Shown here in pieces: positions 1 to 10,269 of a stretch of 64,000 nucleotides of DNA; within the stretch, counting starts at the first letter, position 1, and each line of letters starts with the position of its first letter. The DNA is from Cyanobacteriota bacterium (GTDB lineage Bacteria > Cyanobacteriota > Cyanobacteriia > Cyanobacteriales > Nostocaceae). The stretch is from NCBI GenBank assembly GCA_046045965.1, contig JBJOKS010000001.1, positions 64,001-128,000 of the forward strand. The letters are read 5' to 3'. Both the position numbers and the translations under genes were made by a program. Below the pieces are notes generated by a model, which saw nothing but the letters and a program-made list of their open reading frames with translations, made no database searches and was not told the DNA's origin.

Positions 1-127
1 TAATTAACTTAACTTGCTGTTTGGGGATCACTATCACATTAGCTACATCAATTATTTCTCCTGGCTCAAAATCTTTCTGAGCAAAAACACCTCTACCTTT
101 TATTTCTGTATCACGAACTACTAACAT
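1..127 (-). CDS. SET-domain protein, N-terminal part (runs off the window)
   Basis: Manual translation MLVVRDTEIKGRGVFAQKDFEPGEII carries the SET N-terminal GxGVFA...GE.I motif; not in the ORF track. Confidence 0.7.
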   Translation of the reverse strand, partial: MLVVRDTEIKGRGVFAQKDFEPGEIIDVANVIVIPKQQVKLI

Positions 128-336
128 AATGCAATTCTATCTGATTAATAATTACCACAGATAGACGCAGAGAAAATTAAGACAAATTTTTGTCACTGAA
201 TTACGGCTGCTATAGTCACTATAAAGTCAAGGATTAGAGATGTTATCAAAATTTCCGTAATTTTTAATTTTTTGGTTAATTTTTTGGGGAATATTATATG
301 CAGAATGAATGATATTCATGTTATTATAAATATCCC

Positions 337-810
337 ATGCTAACTATCATTGGTTGTGGCAATCTCAATCGTAATGACGACGCTGTAGGCGTAATCATCG
401 CCCAACGTTTACAGCAATATCTCGCCCAAAATTCTCACCCCCAAGTCCGCGTTTTTGATTGTGGTACTGCGGGAATGGAAGTGATGTTTCAAGCGAGAGG
501 AAGCGAAAAATTAATTATTCTTGATGCTAGTTGCACAGATTCCGAAGCAGGTGCTATATTTAAAGTCCCAGGGAAAGAATTAGAAGCACTACCAGAACCT
601 AGTTATAACCTGCATGATTTTCGTTGGGATCATGCTTTAGCTGCGGGGAGAAAAATCTTTTTAGATGATTTTCCCCAAGATGTGACTGTCTATTTAATTG
701 AAGCTGCAAATCTTGATTTTGGATTAGATTTAAGTCCTGCTGTTCAACATTCTGCTGATTTAGTTTTGGCAGAACTAATCACAATTATAAACCAGAATGT
801 TATGGCTTAA
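337..810 (+). CDS. hupW: Uptake hydrogenase maturation protease
   Basis: IIGCGNLNRNDDAVG, DCGTAG and LHDFRWDHA motifs of the cyanobacterial HupW type. Confidence 0.85.
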   Translation: MLTIIGCGNLNRNDDAVGVIIAQRLQQYLAQNSHPQVRVFDCGTAGMEVMFQARGSEKLIILDASCTDSEAGAIFKVPGKELEALPEPSYNLHDFRWDHALAAGRKIFLDDFPQDVTVYLIEAANLDFGLDLSPAVQHSADLVLAELITIINQNVMA

Positions 811-821
811 TTAACAATCTC

Positions 822-854
822 AAATCCAAAATCCAAAATCCAAAATCCAAAATC
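822..854. repeat. STRR-type heptamer tandem repeat (AAATCCA)n
   Basis: Direct reading, between convergent genes. Confidence 0.85.
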
Positions 855-857
855 TAG

Positions 858-1262
858 TTATGCCCAGTCACGGTAAACTGAGAGTTCATCTACCCTCATT
901 TCAAATGGTATAGCATTAGCATCAGGAGGACAAACGCGAATTTTTGCACTGCTAACAATACCATAAAGTATACTAGCCATTGGTACGATTTTTTGCAAAA
1001 TTTTCCAATTGCTCAGTTGATCTGGGCATTCGATTATTAATGTCAAAACACTAGCATGAGTTGTCATATACCAACGACAATGAGAGAGTAGATTTTGAAT
1101 GGTGCGATCGCATCCTTGATAAAAGTAACGACTAATAGAATACTCTAGTTGTTGTCGCAGGATAATATCGGCTGATGTTGCTTGCATAGGGTGCTTATCA
1201 TCAGCATTGAATTCTGATTCTCTTCTGGCCATTTCTGTTGATTTTCCTATTTTACTTACCAA
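858..1262 (-). CDS. Hypothetical protein (true start may be further downstream)
   Basis: 134-aa ORF overlapping the end of the upstream gene. Confidence 0.6.
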   Translation of the reverse strand: MVSKIGKSTEMARRESEFNADDKHPMQATSADIILRQQLEYSISRYFYQGCDRTIQNLLSHCRWYMTTHASVLTLIIECPDQLSNWKILQKIVPMASILYGIVSSAKIRVCPPDANAIPFEMRVDELSVYRDWA

Positions 1263-2538
1263 TTGCCATTACATAAAGAACATCCTGATTGGTTCCTAGA
1301 AATTCTTGGGCTTCATCATCATAAAAAGCGCCAATACCACTACAATCTATTCCCCAATAATTGCTGGATAGATATACTCTTTGTCCGATCAAACCAGCTA
1401 ATTGCATAGCAGTTTGATAACTCAAATAATCGGACACAAAAAACAAAGTTACAGCGCAGTCTTTAGCGATCGCCTGATTAATGCACAAGTAACCTGTTTT
1501 TTCGCTAAATTCACCCGACCGAATGAGATTCCTACCGTGATATAAACCAGGTGTCATACCTTCAACACGATGCACCACCGAGTAGATTTCTATTTCCTCA
1601 AAGTTTTCCGTTGGGATTGGTTGCTGAATATCTTGCCAAATTCGCCAATAGATTTCTTGATCAATAGACTGTCTTTGAAAACGTCGAATAGAACGCCTAT
1701 TCCAAACGTTCTCAAAAAACCGTTCTCGGTGAAAATTAAATTGAGGATGTTCTAGCTTTTGCTGGTGACTAGGTTGCATTGATGTTGCTTGATAAGCATC
1801 TTCAATGAATTGATTAGCTTGAAAATAGTCAGTCCCACAAACAAAAGGAATTGATAACCTCAAGTGTCTGACTGGATTTTCTTGCGTCTCTCCCGATATC
1901 GCACAACTACTAATAAACTCCTTATTCTCAAATCCTAAATCAGCATTGAGAGAGAGTTTATCAAAGTCAAAGATTAATTTGATGTTTTTTTCATGAAGAT
2001 ATGCTGAAGCTGCAATAGCGCCTAAATGGTGTCCGCTATCCAATAAGCAATATCTAATGCTCCTGTCTTGATATTTCCAGCTAGACCTATAATAAACACA
2101 ACTAACTAAAAAAATGAAGCCTTTGATACGTTTATTTGGTATAACATAAGCTTCCAATCCATCATCAATTAATTCATAAATTAACGTCAGACAATTATTC
2201 TCAACTTCTAGATGATAGATGCCGTTTATAAAACCTTCAACACCACGAATTTGGACATAAACTTCCGTCGGATATAACGCCCCTGCTGAGGGATTTACCC
2301 GTAATTGATAGGGTTCATTGTTGTAAATCTTCTCAAAAGTAATGGCGCTTGTTAACCTGATAAAAGCATGAATGGGATTATCGGGAATTAATTTCACTCG
2401 CCGATAAAATTTAGGATAAACTTTAAAGGCGCGGGGTTGAGTTGACCCATCCACATAATTGGGATTCATCTGCACCGATAGGTAAGAATGCTTGGTAGCC
2501 TCGTGCAAGGCTTTTCCAGAAAGCTTACTGTGTGGCAT
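1252..2538 (-). CDS. SagB/ThcOx-family dehydrogenase (double nitroreductase fold)
   Basis: LRVNPSAGALYP, WKYQDRSIRYCLLDSGH, RRSIRRF and GIGAFYDD motifs. Confidence 0.85.
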   Translation of the reverse strand: MPHSKLSGKALHEATKHSYLSVQMNPNYVDGSTQPRAFKVYPKFYRRVKLIPDNPIHAFIRLTSAITFEKIYNNEPYQLRVNPSAGALYPTEVYVQIRGVEGFINGIYHLEVENNCLTLIYELIDDGLEAYVIPNKRIKGFIFLVSCVYYRSSWKYQDRSIRYCLLDSGHHLGAIAASAYLHEKNIKLIFDFDKLSLNADLGFENKEFISSCAISGETQENPVRHLRLSIPFVCGTDYFQANQFIEDAYQATSMQPSHQQKLEHPQFNFHRERFFENVWNRRSIRRFQRQSIDQEIYWRIWQDIQQPIPTENFEEIEIYSVVHRVEGMTPGLYHGRNLIRSGEFSEKTGYLCINQAIAKDCAVTLFFVSDYLSYQTAMQLAGLIGQRVYLSSNYWGIDCSGIGAFYDDEAQEFLGTNQDVLYVMAIGK

Positions 2539-3004
2539 TTTTTAGTAACCTTAAAACTTCTCTATTGCTGGCAAAGTCAATTGCTTTATAGTCATCCAAA
2601 TTTTGTAAATTCATGTTAGGATTATGTTGTAATAGCAATCTCACTACTTCTGTCTTTCCAGCGGATGCACCATACATCAGGACGGTTGCACCATTATCAT
2701 TTTGATTGTTAATATCTATGTTGGCTTCTAGCAACAAATTGATTAAATCATAGTGATTGCCAAAACAAGCAAACCACAGAGCATTATTGTGATCATTGTT
2801 TGTAGCATTGATATCTACACCTGCATCTATAAGTTCTTTGACAACGGGATATAATCCCTCCCTGGTAGCTTTCATTAAAGCTGTATCACCATTTTTACCT
2901 CGCTGATTTAAATCTTCGGCGTTGTAATTATTTGCTATTAGCCATTGGCTAGTTGCTGCGCTCAAATTTGGTTGATTTTTTTGACTCATAATTTTTTGAC
3001 TCAT
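2525..3004 (-). CDS. Ankyrin-repeat protein
   Basis: Repeated GDTALM / NNALW / GATVLM ankyrin units. Confidence 0.9.
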   Translation of the reverse strand: MSQKIMSQKNQPNLSAATSQWLIANNYNAEDLNQRGKNGDTALMKATREGLYPVVKELIDAGVDINATNNDHNNALWFACFGNHYDLINLLLEANIDINNQNDNGATVLMYGASAGKTEVVRLLLQHNPNMNLQNLDDYKAIDFASNREVLRLLKNATQ

Positions 3005-3278
3005 AATTATTGCTGGGAAAATAACTCAAGAAAAAATTTACGAAACAGCAAAAAGCTGATAGCTAAATACTTACTAACTAAAAACGTAATGGTGAGCAAA
3101 GCCCACCATATTTAAAAACATTATTAGAATTCTGAAAAACCAGCAGTAGCTGATGAACAATTACAATACCAATTCTCTATGATGTTGACACAAATTAGAT
3201 GCACCCAACCCCTTGAAAATTGCGGCTAAGAGGTTATTTATCACTCTAGAAGAGAAAAGGTATTAACTTGTAAGATTG

Positions 3279-3875
3279 TTATCCTACAGCCGCTGGTTTT
3301 CGCTGTTCAGAAAAAATCTCTCTTGCAGTTTTTTCTGGTTTTGGTATACCATAAAAAGTAGCCTCTGCTTCGAGTTCATCTACTATATCCCAAGCTTCAA
3401 TTGCCCGTTTAGAATCTGCTCCATAGTTAGCAGCAATTGAGCAAGCTTCAGAGACAGCTTTTTGCATTTCTGTGCGTAAGAATTTTAATTTTGGTTTATC
3501 GACAAAGTTACCCTTGGTGAGAATATCAGTGACAGAAATAATGCCTAATAATTCACCTTGGATAACTGGCGCACGCCACACACCAGTATTAGCAAATAAC
3601 CGCGCCACATATTCAATTTCGAGATCAGGATTGACAACAACGCAGGGTTTAGTCATCACTTCGTAGACATGAACCCGTTCGGGATCTTTACCAAAAGCAG
3701 CAACTTTGCCTACAATATCCATTTCAGTAATCATACCGTAAGCATCGCCACTGTGACGAGGTTCAACAACTAAAGCCCGCAGTTCTTTGAGCCTCATTAG
3801 TTTGACTGCTTCTGCTACGGTTGCGGAACCGCGAATGGTAGCAACATCTTGAGTCATAATTTGTTTGGCTCTCAT
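3279..3875 (-). CDS. CBS-domain / CP12 fusion protein
   Basis: Two CBS domains followed by a CP12 core motif AWDIVDELEAE. Confidence 0.8.
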   Translation of the reverse strand: MRAKQIMTQDVATIRGSATVAEAVKLMRLKELRALVVEPRHSGDAYGMITEMDIVGKVAAFGKDPERVHVYEVMTKPCVVVNPDLEIEYVARLFANTGVWRAPVIQGELLGIISVTDILTKGNFVDKPKLKFLRTEMQKAVSEACSIAANYGADSKRAIEAWDIVDELEAEATFYGIPKPEKTAREIFSEQRKPAAVG

Positions 3876-4470
3876 AATTCCTGCTCCTTAAATTCGGTTT
3901 AGCGAATTAGTTAATTACTTCTAAACTGCTGCGATTTTTCCTCAACTTTATCGCTGTAACCTGCACCTTAATCAATAGATATTGAATTGTGAGGCGTTAT
4001 ATTTACTGGCTAAAAAAGCAATTACTTTAATGATAGATTCCTGTGAGCCGGAGTATTAAAAATCTGATATATTTTAATGATTCCGGTGATTTTAGGAATA
4101 AGATTTACGCAGTTTCCTATATTTGTATCTAGCTGTCTTACTCTTTACCTTTGTTATAGGTTTAACCAGGAATCAAGTAAGAATATTTGTGCTAACTCTG
4201 TAATCGCTTTTTGTTGAGGTTTAGGTTCACTGCCAACAATTTAGCTTACTTATATAGTATCACTCTGATAAGCTGGAATTATGAATGATTTATAAAGATC
4301 CACCCATTTTTGACCATAAATCTGATTAAAAAATTGTTAAGTGGACTACAGAAGCAGAAAATTATATTTCATGTTTTGGATATTGAATATTACATTTTAT
4401 GATGTTGTTTGATAGCGATGCAATAGGGGAATTACCATAAAATAAATATGAACTTTTTTGGAAAAAACAA

Positions 4471-4501
4471 AATCCCCGACTTCTTTAATAAGTGGAGGAT
4501 C
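4471..4501. repeat. Small dispersed palindromic repeat (ATCCCCGAC...GGATCT family)
   Basis: Imperfect palindrome; related copy at 55709-55741. Confidence 0.6.
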
Positions 4502-4649
4502 TAAATTTTTGCCAAATATAGTTATAACTTGTAGTCAAGTGATACCGTTTTTGGTGATTTTACTTGTAAATTAGGTATTAATAATCTGGGCTAACTGATC
4601 AATATATTGAATACTGACCACGTACACCTGCAATTGCAACTGTGAGTCT

Positions 4650-5138
4650 ATGCTGTTACCAGTAGAATTAGCAAATCAAACTTTATATGACCAAGATTAT
4701 TATCTTTGGTTGCGGACAACTATTAATCAGCTTCGTGCTGGTCAATTTTCATCTGTGGATTTAGAGAATTTGATTGAAGAATTAGAAACTATGGGGAGAA
4801 GTCAAAAGCGAGCTATCGAAAGTTTATTAATTAGACTGCTCGAACATCTGCTCAAACTTAAATATTGGGATAGTGAAAAAGAGCGTAATGAGGGACATTG
4901 GAAAGGGGAAATCAGGACTTTACGCAGACAGATAAAAAAAGAATTGAAAGATAGTCCTAGTTTAAAACCTTACATTTTAGAAATCTTTGAAGAATGTTAT
5001 GAAGAAGCAAGAAAAGAAGCAAGCGATATCTACGATGAGCTACGCTAACGCTCTCAACTTCCCCTGGATACATTTCCCATCAATCCCATTGGTTCTTTAG
5101 AGCAGGTTTTAGATGATAATTGGTTTGTTGGAGTATAA
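4650..5138 (+). pseudogene. DUF29-family gene truncated by a 21-nt insertion containing TAA
   Basis: LYDQDY..W, LIEELETMGRS and SPSLKPY motifs; the frame continues past the stop at 5048 as RSQLPLDTFPINPIGSLEQVLDDNWFVGV*. Confidence 0.8.
5028..5048. mobile_element. 21-nt SDR5-like element inserted in a HIP1 site
   Basis: GCGAT[ATCTACGATGAGCTACGCTAA]CGC; removing it restores both GCGATCGC and the open frame. Confidence 0.75.
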
Positions 5139-5255
5139 AAGAAGAGCGATCGCTCTTTTATCCATCAATTCCAGATTTAAACTTTTTCTCATAATAGGAT
5201 ACATAAAAATTAGCATTATTATAGTTTAGTAGATTTGTAATAAGAAGTACCATGA

Positions 5256-5507
5256 TCACACTTCAATTACACGCACATAAATAGCCCGTGCTGTTTCCCG
5301 ATCTATAGTCATAGGTATATTAGCAGCTTTAATCAAAAAAGCCGGAAACTGCTGTTCAACAATAATATTAGTTCCCGTCTTTATACCCATTGAGATCAGT
5401 TTTTTTCTAATGATTTCATCCTGAGTTTTACAGACAGTGACAATTCCTTTTTCACCAGGTTTCAGCAATTCTAAAGAACAACCCATTATACTAAAAGGAG
5501 TAAACAT
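5256..5507 (-). CDS. feoA: FeoA-family protein
   Basis: LELLKPGEKG...KLISMGIKTG; start set at MFTPF; usual position after fdxH. Confidence 0.8.
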   Translation of the reverse strand: MFTPFSIMGCSLELLKPGEKGIVTVCKTQDEIIRKKLISMGIKTGTNIIVEQQFPAFLIKAANIPMTIDRETARAIYVRVIEV

Positions 5508-5624
5508 AGAACGATAACAATTAAAAGTGAAAATAGAAACCTGAAATGATGAAAGATGATAAACATCCTCCATCATTGTTAAAGTAAAGGTACGGGTTTA
5601 GAATTGCTAAACCCTAATATTGTA

Positions 5625-5924
5625 TTAAACGAGGTAAGGTTCTTGATGGGTTTTGATTGTGCAGTTAGAACGAGGGTAGGTAACACACAATAAAGCGAAA
5701 CCTTTAGCTACTTGCTCATCATCCAAGAAGTTTTGATCGTCTTGGTTGATTTCACCTTCGACAATCTTACCTACACAGCTAGAGCAGGAACCAGAGTGAC
5801 AAGAAAAAGGTAATTCAATACCAGCTTCTTCTGCACCATCGAGAATTGTGGTTTCTTCATCGATTTCAATTGTGGTGTCGATGTTTTCTTTTTTGCTGAT
5901 CAATCTTACTTGATATGCAGCCAT
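5625..5924 (-). CDS. fdxH: Heterocyst 2Fe-2S ferredoxin
   Basis: [13 protein letters not shown] motif; start MAAYQV with GGAG upstream; downstream of hesB. Confidence 0.92.
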   Translation of the reverse strand: MAAYQVRLISKKENIDTTIEIDEETTILDGAEEAGIELPFSCHSGSCSSCVGKIVEGEINQDDQNFLDDEQVAKGFALLCVTYPRSNCTIKTHQEPYLV

Positions 5925-6070
5925 TTTCTGGTTCTCCTCAAAAGTGAATAGAATTACTTTGGTAAATTTGTTAAGTCTCCCCCTGTGAGGGCGGGGAAAT
6001 TCTCCCTTCCGCACACAAAAAAATGTAGAGTATGTCTACGGAAAACTTGTAAAGTTGTAGGTGATTGAAA

Positions 6071-6112
6071 GGAACTTGGGAAAGTTTCTACATTTATTTT
6101 TCCCTAAGTTCC
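6071..6112 (-). terminator. Stem-loop downstream of hesB
   Basis: GGAACTTGGGAAA...TTTCCCTAAGTTCC imperfect inverted repeat. Confidence 0.45.
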
Positions 6113-6120
6113 AAATTATT

Positions 6121-6495
6121 TTAGCTGCAAGGTACACCGTTAGGTGAACAATCACCAGCTTTAAAAGATTTGCCACAACCGCAGGTGTCAGTTGCATTGG
6201 GATTGGAAAACTTAAAACCGCTATCCATTACTCCCTCAACAAAATCGACAACCACACCTTCTAATAACGGCGCACTTTTAGCATCTACGTAAACCAACAC
6301 ATTTCCTTGTTGGCTGACAATATCATCTGGTTGCGGCTTACTGGTAATTTCAATTCCATACTCATAGCCATTGCAACCACCGTCTTTAACCGAGATGCGG
6401 ACACCTTTTGTAGCGTTATTAGTGTCTTCAGTTGCGGAACCTCTTAAAAAAGCCCGCAGACGAAATTCTGCCTTTTCTGTTAAAGTAACAGTCAT
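6121..6495 (-). CDS. hesB: HesB/IscA Fe-S assembly protein
   Basis: GGCNGYEY and CGCGKSF motifs. Confidence 0.92.
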   Translation of the reverse strand: MTVTLTEKAEFRLRAFLRGSATEDTNNATKGVRISVKDGGCNGYEYGIEITSKPQPDDIVSQQGNVLVYVDAKSAPLLEGVVVDFVEGVMDSGFKFSNPNATDTCGCGKSFKAGDCSPNGVPCS

Positions 6496-6566
6496 TTTGT
6501 TTCCTGTTATGTAGCGATTATTCTGATTTTCAGATGTGGGTTATTTATTGCTGTTGTGGTGCAAAT

Positions 6567-7346
6567 TCACACCGACACAGATTGAGATTGGGAATATCGC
6601 CAAGGTGCAGTATTACCGCAGACAGGACAATTGCGATCGCGTTGAGAACGGCGTTTAGCAAACTCCATCCGCTGCAAATCAATTGTTAGCAACTCTGACA
6701 AAAGTGGTTGACTAAAACCGGTAATTAGCTTGATAGCTTCCAAAGCTGTTAAACAAGCCAAAGTCCCAGACACAGCCCCTAAAACTGAAAAAGCACGTCG
6801 ATCCCAATCAGGCTTTTCTGGAAATAGACAGGACAAACAAGGAGTCACACCCGGAATAATCGTGGTTAGATAAGCCTCCATCCCGTCCATCGCTGCTTCT
6901 ACCATCGGCTTACGCCAACGCACACAAGCTTCATTTAACAAATTGCGTTCAGTGAAATTGTGAGCGCAGTCCAGAGCCATATCAGCAGATTGCACCAACG
7001 AGTCTACATTTTCTGGGGTAATGTAATCATGAATTGCTTCAATTTGCACATCAGGATTAATCTTTTCCAGAGTTTCTTTAGCTTTGAATACTCTCGGTTT
7101 TCCCACCCAATCATCAGTCATTAAAACTTGACGATTCATATCATCCAGCCGCAAATCACCACCCCGAACTAGGATGAGCCGCCCAACACCTGCTACTGCT
7201 AAGTAAAGCGCCGCTGTCCCACCTAATCCCCCCACACCAGTCACCAGAACCGTCGCTGACTTCAGGCGCTTTTGAGCCACTTCGCCAAAATTAGGGAGCA
7301 TCATTTGGCGACTATAGCGTTCTAATTCGGTAGGCGTTAGGTTCAT
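6567..7346 (-). CDS. hesA: HesA/MoeB/ThiF-family protein
   Basis: ERYSRQ, GVGGLG and CxxC motifs; nif synteny. Confidence 0.92.
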   Translation of the reverse strand: MNLTPTELERYSRQMMLPNFGEVAQKRLKSATVLVTGVGGLGGTAALYLAVAGVGRLILVRGGDLRLDDMNRQVLMTDDWVGKPRVFKAKETLEKINPDVQIEAIHDYITPENVDSLVQSADMALDCAHNFTERNLLNEACVRWRKPMVEAAMDGMEAYLTTIIPGVTPCLSCLFPEKPDWDRRAFSVLGAVSGTLACLTALEAIKLITGFSQPLLSELLTIDLQRMEFAKRRSQRDRNCPVCGNTAPWRYSQSQSVSV

Positions 7347-7359
7347 TAATTTATACCTC

Positions 7360-7677
7360 CTAATCAGAAGTGATTTCTGTCAGCGTGACTACATTTTTTG
7401 GCTTATCGTTAAACACCTTGAACAGCTTTTGTTCGTGGGGTGTTGATTCCATAAAAACCTGATAAGCTTTTTGTAAAGCTAAACAATATTGAGTTAATTT
7501 TTCTTCTGCACTCAAGTTAGGAAATTTATCATCAACTTCATACATATATTGAGAAAATTTCTTCAATATATGCAGACGATTGACATTGACAAATTTTTGG
7601 TCATAAGGCAGTTGAAAAAAGATAAAAAATTCTTCTGCATCTACGAGTTTATTGAATTCTTCAATAGTTCTACTCAT
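7360..7677 (-). CDS. nifW: Nitrogenase-stabilising protein NifW
   Basis: AEEFF...VNRLHILKKF motif. Confidence 0.93.
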   Translation of the reverse strand: MSRTIEEFNKLVDAEEFFIFFQLPYDQKFVNVNRLHILKKFSQYMYEVDDKFPNLSAEEKLTQYCLALQKAYQVFMESTPHEQKLFKVFNDKPKNVVTLTEITSD

Positions 7678-7874
7678 TTTGCACTCTCCATTTGTTTTAG
7701 CTGTTGCTTGAGTTCATCCAACTGGCGGTAGATTTCGTAAGTCTCAGCCGCAACATCCATAAGTGTTTTGTAATCTGTTGGTAGTCCTTCAGCTAAATCA
7801 TGCAGATCCATTTTCATTTGACCTGCTTTACTATTTAGCTTTCTAATTTTTGCTGTAAGTTCCTCAATTGTCAT
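7674..7874 (-). CDS. CCE_0567-family (Rop-like) nif-associated protein
   Basis: KMDLHDLAEGLP motif; position before nifW. Confidence 0.85.
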   Translation of the reverse strand: MTIEELTAKIRKLNSKAGQMKMDLHDLAEGLPTDYKTLMDVAAETYEIYRQLDELKQQLKQMESAK

Positions 7875-7950
7875 TGGTGATAGGAAATGGGAATAGGGAA
7901 TAGGGAATGGGGAACAGCAACAACTAATTCATCTCCCCAATTTCCAAGGA

Positions 7951-8427
7951 TTAAATATTGCCTACTTCGGGAAAACGTTTAGCTAAATCAATGCCTTTTT
8001 GCACAAAGTTTTCTCCCTCTTCATTTAATTTTTCTAGGGAGTCAAAACCGTAACGATGAGCATCGCGCAAAGTTTTTACAGCTAACAATAAACGACCAGA
8101 AAATACTAAAGCCCAGCCAAAACCTTCATGACCTAAATCAACTACCACATTAGAAATTAGTCCGGTTTCTTTTTCAATGCTGGCAGCTACAGCACGGAAA
8201 AAGGCATTTATCCGAGAAATAGTTGCTGGATCAACTTCACCTTCAACGGAAATTTCCCGTTTCTTTTGTTTAGTAACAACAAAAGGTTTGAGAATCAATT
8301 CATCAGACCAACTCCGGTAAAAGCCATAGCTATCTTGCGCCCGGATTTGTTGGACTAAGCTCTTGAGAAAAGGTGAAGTTATTGGTGTACTTGTAGTAGT
8401 TCCGTTGACGCTGTTATTTTCACTCAT
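7951..8427 (-). CDS. NifX-associated protein (DUF269)
   Basis: RAQDSYG, HEGFG and LRDAHRYGF motifs. Confidence 0.88.
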   Translation of the reverse strand: MSENNSVNGTTTSTPITSPFLKSLVQQIRAQDSYGFYRSWSDELILKPFVVTKQKKREISVEGEVDPATISRINAFFRAVAASIEKETGLISNVVVDLGHEGFGWALVFSGRLLLAVKTLRDAHRYGFDSLEKLNEEGENFVQKGIDLAKRFPEVGNI

Positions 8428-8843
8428 ACTGTTGCTTCGTTCTCAAGTTCTTCGGCAAAATTTGATGTTTTTGGTTGTAAAGCTTTACGCAACCAAGGTG
8501 GGGGATTACCTTTCAATGTTTTGACTAATTTAGTCAAAATTTCTTCAATCTTTTCTTCTTCTGATTTCGCCTTGACTGGTGTTACACCATGCTTAATTAA
8601 TCGAGCCGCTGCACTACCACCAATAGCGACTACATAAACAATTGTACAATCTTTTAAAGCCTCAAGTTTAGGGGTAATTTTATCTTCATTACCATCTTCT
8701 TTGAGGTCGCCTTCAAATTTCAAAGTTTCTAGAAATTCATATCCATGATCGGAAATTTCATAGACATCAATTTCTTTAGCCCAACCAAAATGAGCATTAA
8801 CATGAATTCGGTCGGTTGTTGTAAACGCAATTTTCACTTTCAT
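8424..8843 (-). CDS. nifX: NifX
   Basis: KIAFTT..VNAHFGWA and PPPWLRK; the ORF track's N-terminal extension comes from an upstream STRR. Confidence 0.93.
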   Translation of the reverse strand: MKVKIAFTTTDRIHVNAHFGWAKEIDVYEISDHGYEFLETLKFEGDLKEDGNEDKITPKLEALKDCTIVYVVAIGGSAAARLIKHGVTPVKAKSEEEKIEEILTKLVKTLKGNPPPWLRKALQPKTSNFAEELENEATV

Positions 8844-8852
8844 TTGTCCTTT

Positions 8853-8893
8853 GTCATTAGTCATTAGTCATTAGTCATTAGTCATTAGTCATT
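8853..8893. repeat. STRR heptamer repeat (GTCATTA)n
   Basis: About 6 tandem copies between nifN and nifX. Confidence 0.9.
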
Positions 8894-8916
8894 GGTTATT
8901 AGTTATATTTAGCCAA

Positions 8917-10248
8917 TCACCAATTACCCATTACCTGTTTCCAATGATTCATCATTAATGACTCTTCATGTTCTATAAACAGGTTTCCCATACCAAATAA
9001 AACTTCCATAGTGCCGCGATAGCCTACTTTAGTAAATTGACCATTTCCTAAACGGTCATAGATAGGAATTCCTAAACGATAATGGGGAATTTTGAGGCGT
9101 TTTGATATGGTATTTACATTAGAATTACCAATCAACAAATCAGAACCTACTGCTAAATCTTCCAAATCTTCCAAATCGCCGATAGTGACATTTTTGATAG
9201 GAAGATGTTCTAATAAAGGCGATCGCGTTGTAGTTACAGCAGCATGAATAGAAGCCCCCATTGACTGTAAAAACTGCACAGTAGACCACATTAAATCGGG
9301 TTCTAAAGCCAAAGAAACCCGTTTAGCACCAAAATAAAAATGAGTATCCAACATCGCATCTTGCAACTGACGACGTTGACGGCGATATTTTTCCGGTACG
9401 GGATTACCACTCAAAACAGATAAAGCTTGAAGAAATTCATCTACAGCTTCTAAACCTGTTAAATCACGAAAAACTTCGTAATCTGTATTAAACCGTTCTT
9501 GGAGAATTTTTGCAGCACCGCGCATACTTTCACCTAAAGCCAAAGTGAAAGCAGAACTACCCAAAGAACGCAGTTGTTTAAGAGTTGTACCGCTAACAGT
9601 TACTGCACTATAATCATCTTCCAAATGACCATCTAAAGAAGCACCCAAGTCAGGAACAAAAATAGGTTCCATTCCAAAAGATGTCACCATCTCTCGAATT
9701 TCTTGAACATCTCCAGGAGTGAAAGCTGAACCTGCCAAAATCGTAATTTGTTCAGGTTTAATTCCTCCAGCTTTAGGAACTTCCTTCACAATACTTTCTA
9801 CAGCAACCGCAAAACCATCTTGCAACGCACCTTTAAAATCAGGAGTCGGCGCAAAAATAATTGCTAAATGGTCTAATTCTGGATGACGTTTTCTAATTTC
9901 TTTCAAAAAACGTTCAATATCATCTCCTCTAGTTTCTGTTAACCCAGTCGTACATAAACCAATAATTTCTGGTTTGGCTTTTTCTACTAAAGTTAAAATA
10001 GCTTGCTCAACATTTTCTTCACCACCCAAAATGGTAGTAACTTCCGTCATTGCTGTAGTAGCAAGAGGAATTGCTTCCCGAAAATGTCGAACCAAAACCA
10101 CCTTAGCAAAAGCAGTACAACCTTGAGAACCATGAAACAAAGGCATAGTTCCTTTCAAACCCAAAAAAGCCAAAGATGCACCTAAAGCTTGACTTTGTTT
10201 GAGAGGATTAACAGTAACAGACTTATTGGGAACAGTGACAATTGCCAT
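8917..10248 (-). CDS. nifN: FeMo-cofactor scaffold NifN
   Basis: NPLKQSQALGA and HGSQGCTAF. Confidence 0.96.
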   Translation of the reverse strand: MAIVTVPNKSVTVNPLKQSQALGASLAFLGLKGTMPLFHGSQGCTAFAKVVLVRHFREAIPLATTAMTEVTTILGGEENVEQAILTLVEKAKPEIIGLCTTGLTETRGDDIERFLKEIRKRHPELDHLAIIFAPTPDFKGALQDGFAVAVESIVKEVPKAGGIKPEQITILAGSAFTPGDVQEIREMVTSFGMEPIFVPDLGASLDGHLEDDYSAVTVSGTTLKQLRSLGSSAFTLALGESMRGAAKILQERFNTDYEVFRDLTGLEAVDEFLQALSVLSGNPVPEKYRRQRRQLQDAMLDTHFYFGAKRVSLALEPDLMWSTVQFLQSMGASIHAAVTTTRSPLLEHLPIKNVTIGDLEDLEDLAVGSDLLIGNSNVNTISKRLKIPHYRLGIPIYDRLGNGQFTKVGYRGTMEVLFGMGNLFIEHEESLMMNHWKQVMGNW

Positions 10249-10269
10249 AAATTAATCTCAATAATTTAT

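Noticed and set aside
2974..3008. 15-bp duplication at the ankyrin gene start (MSQKI-MSQKN)
   Set aside because: Simple local slippage with no evident consequence
4048..4057. CCGGAGTATT matches the left nifD recombination site (14332-14341)
   Set aside because: A single 10-mer match in 64 kb is plausible by chance; no interrupted gene or recombinase is nearby
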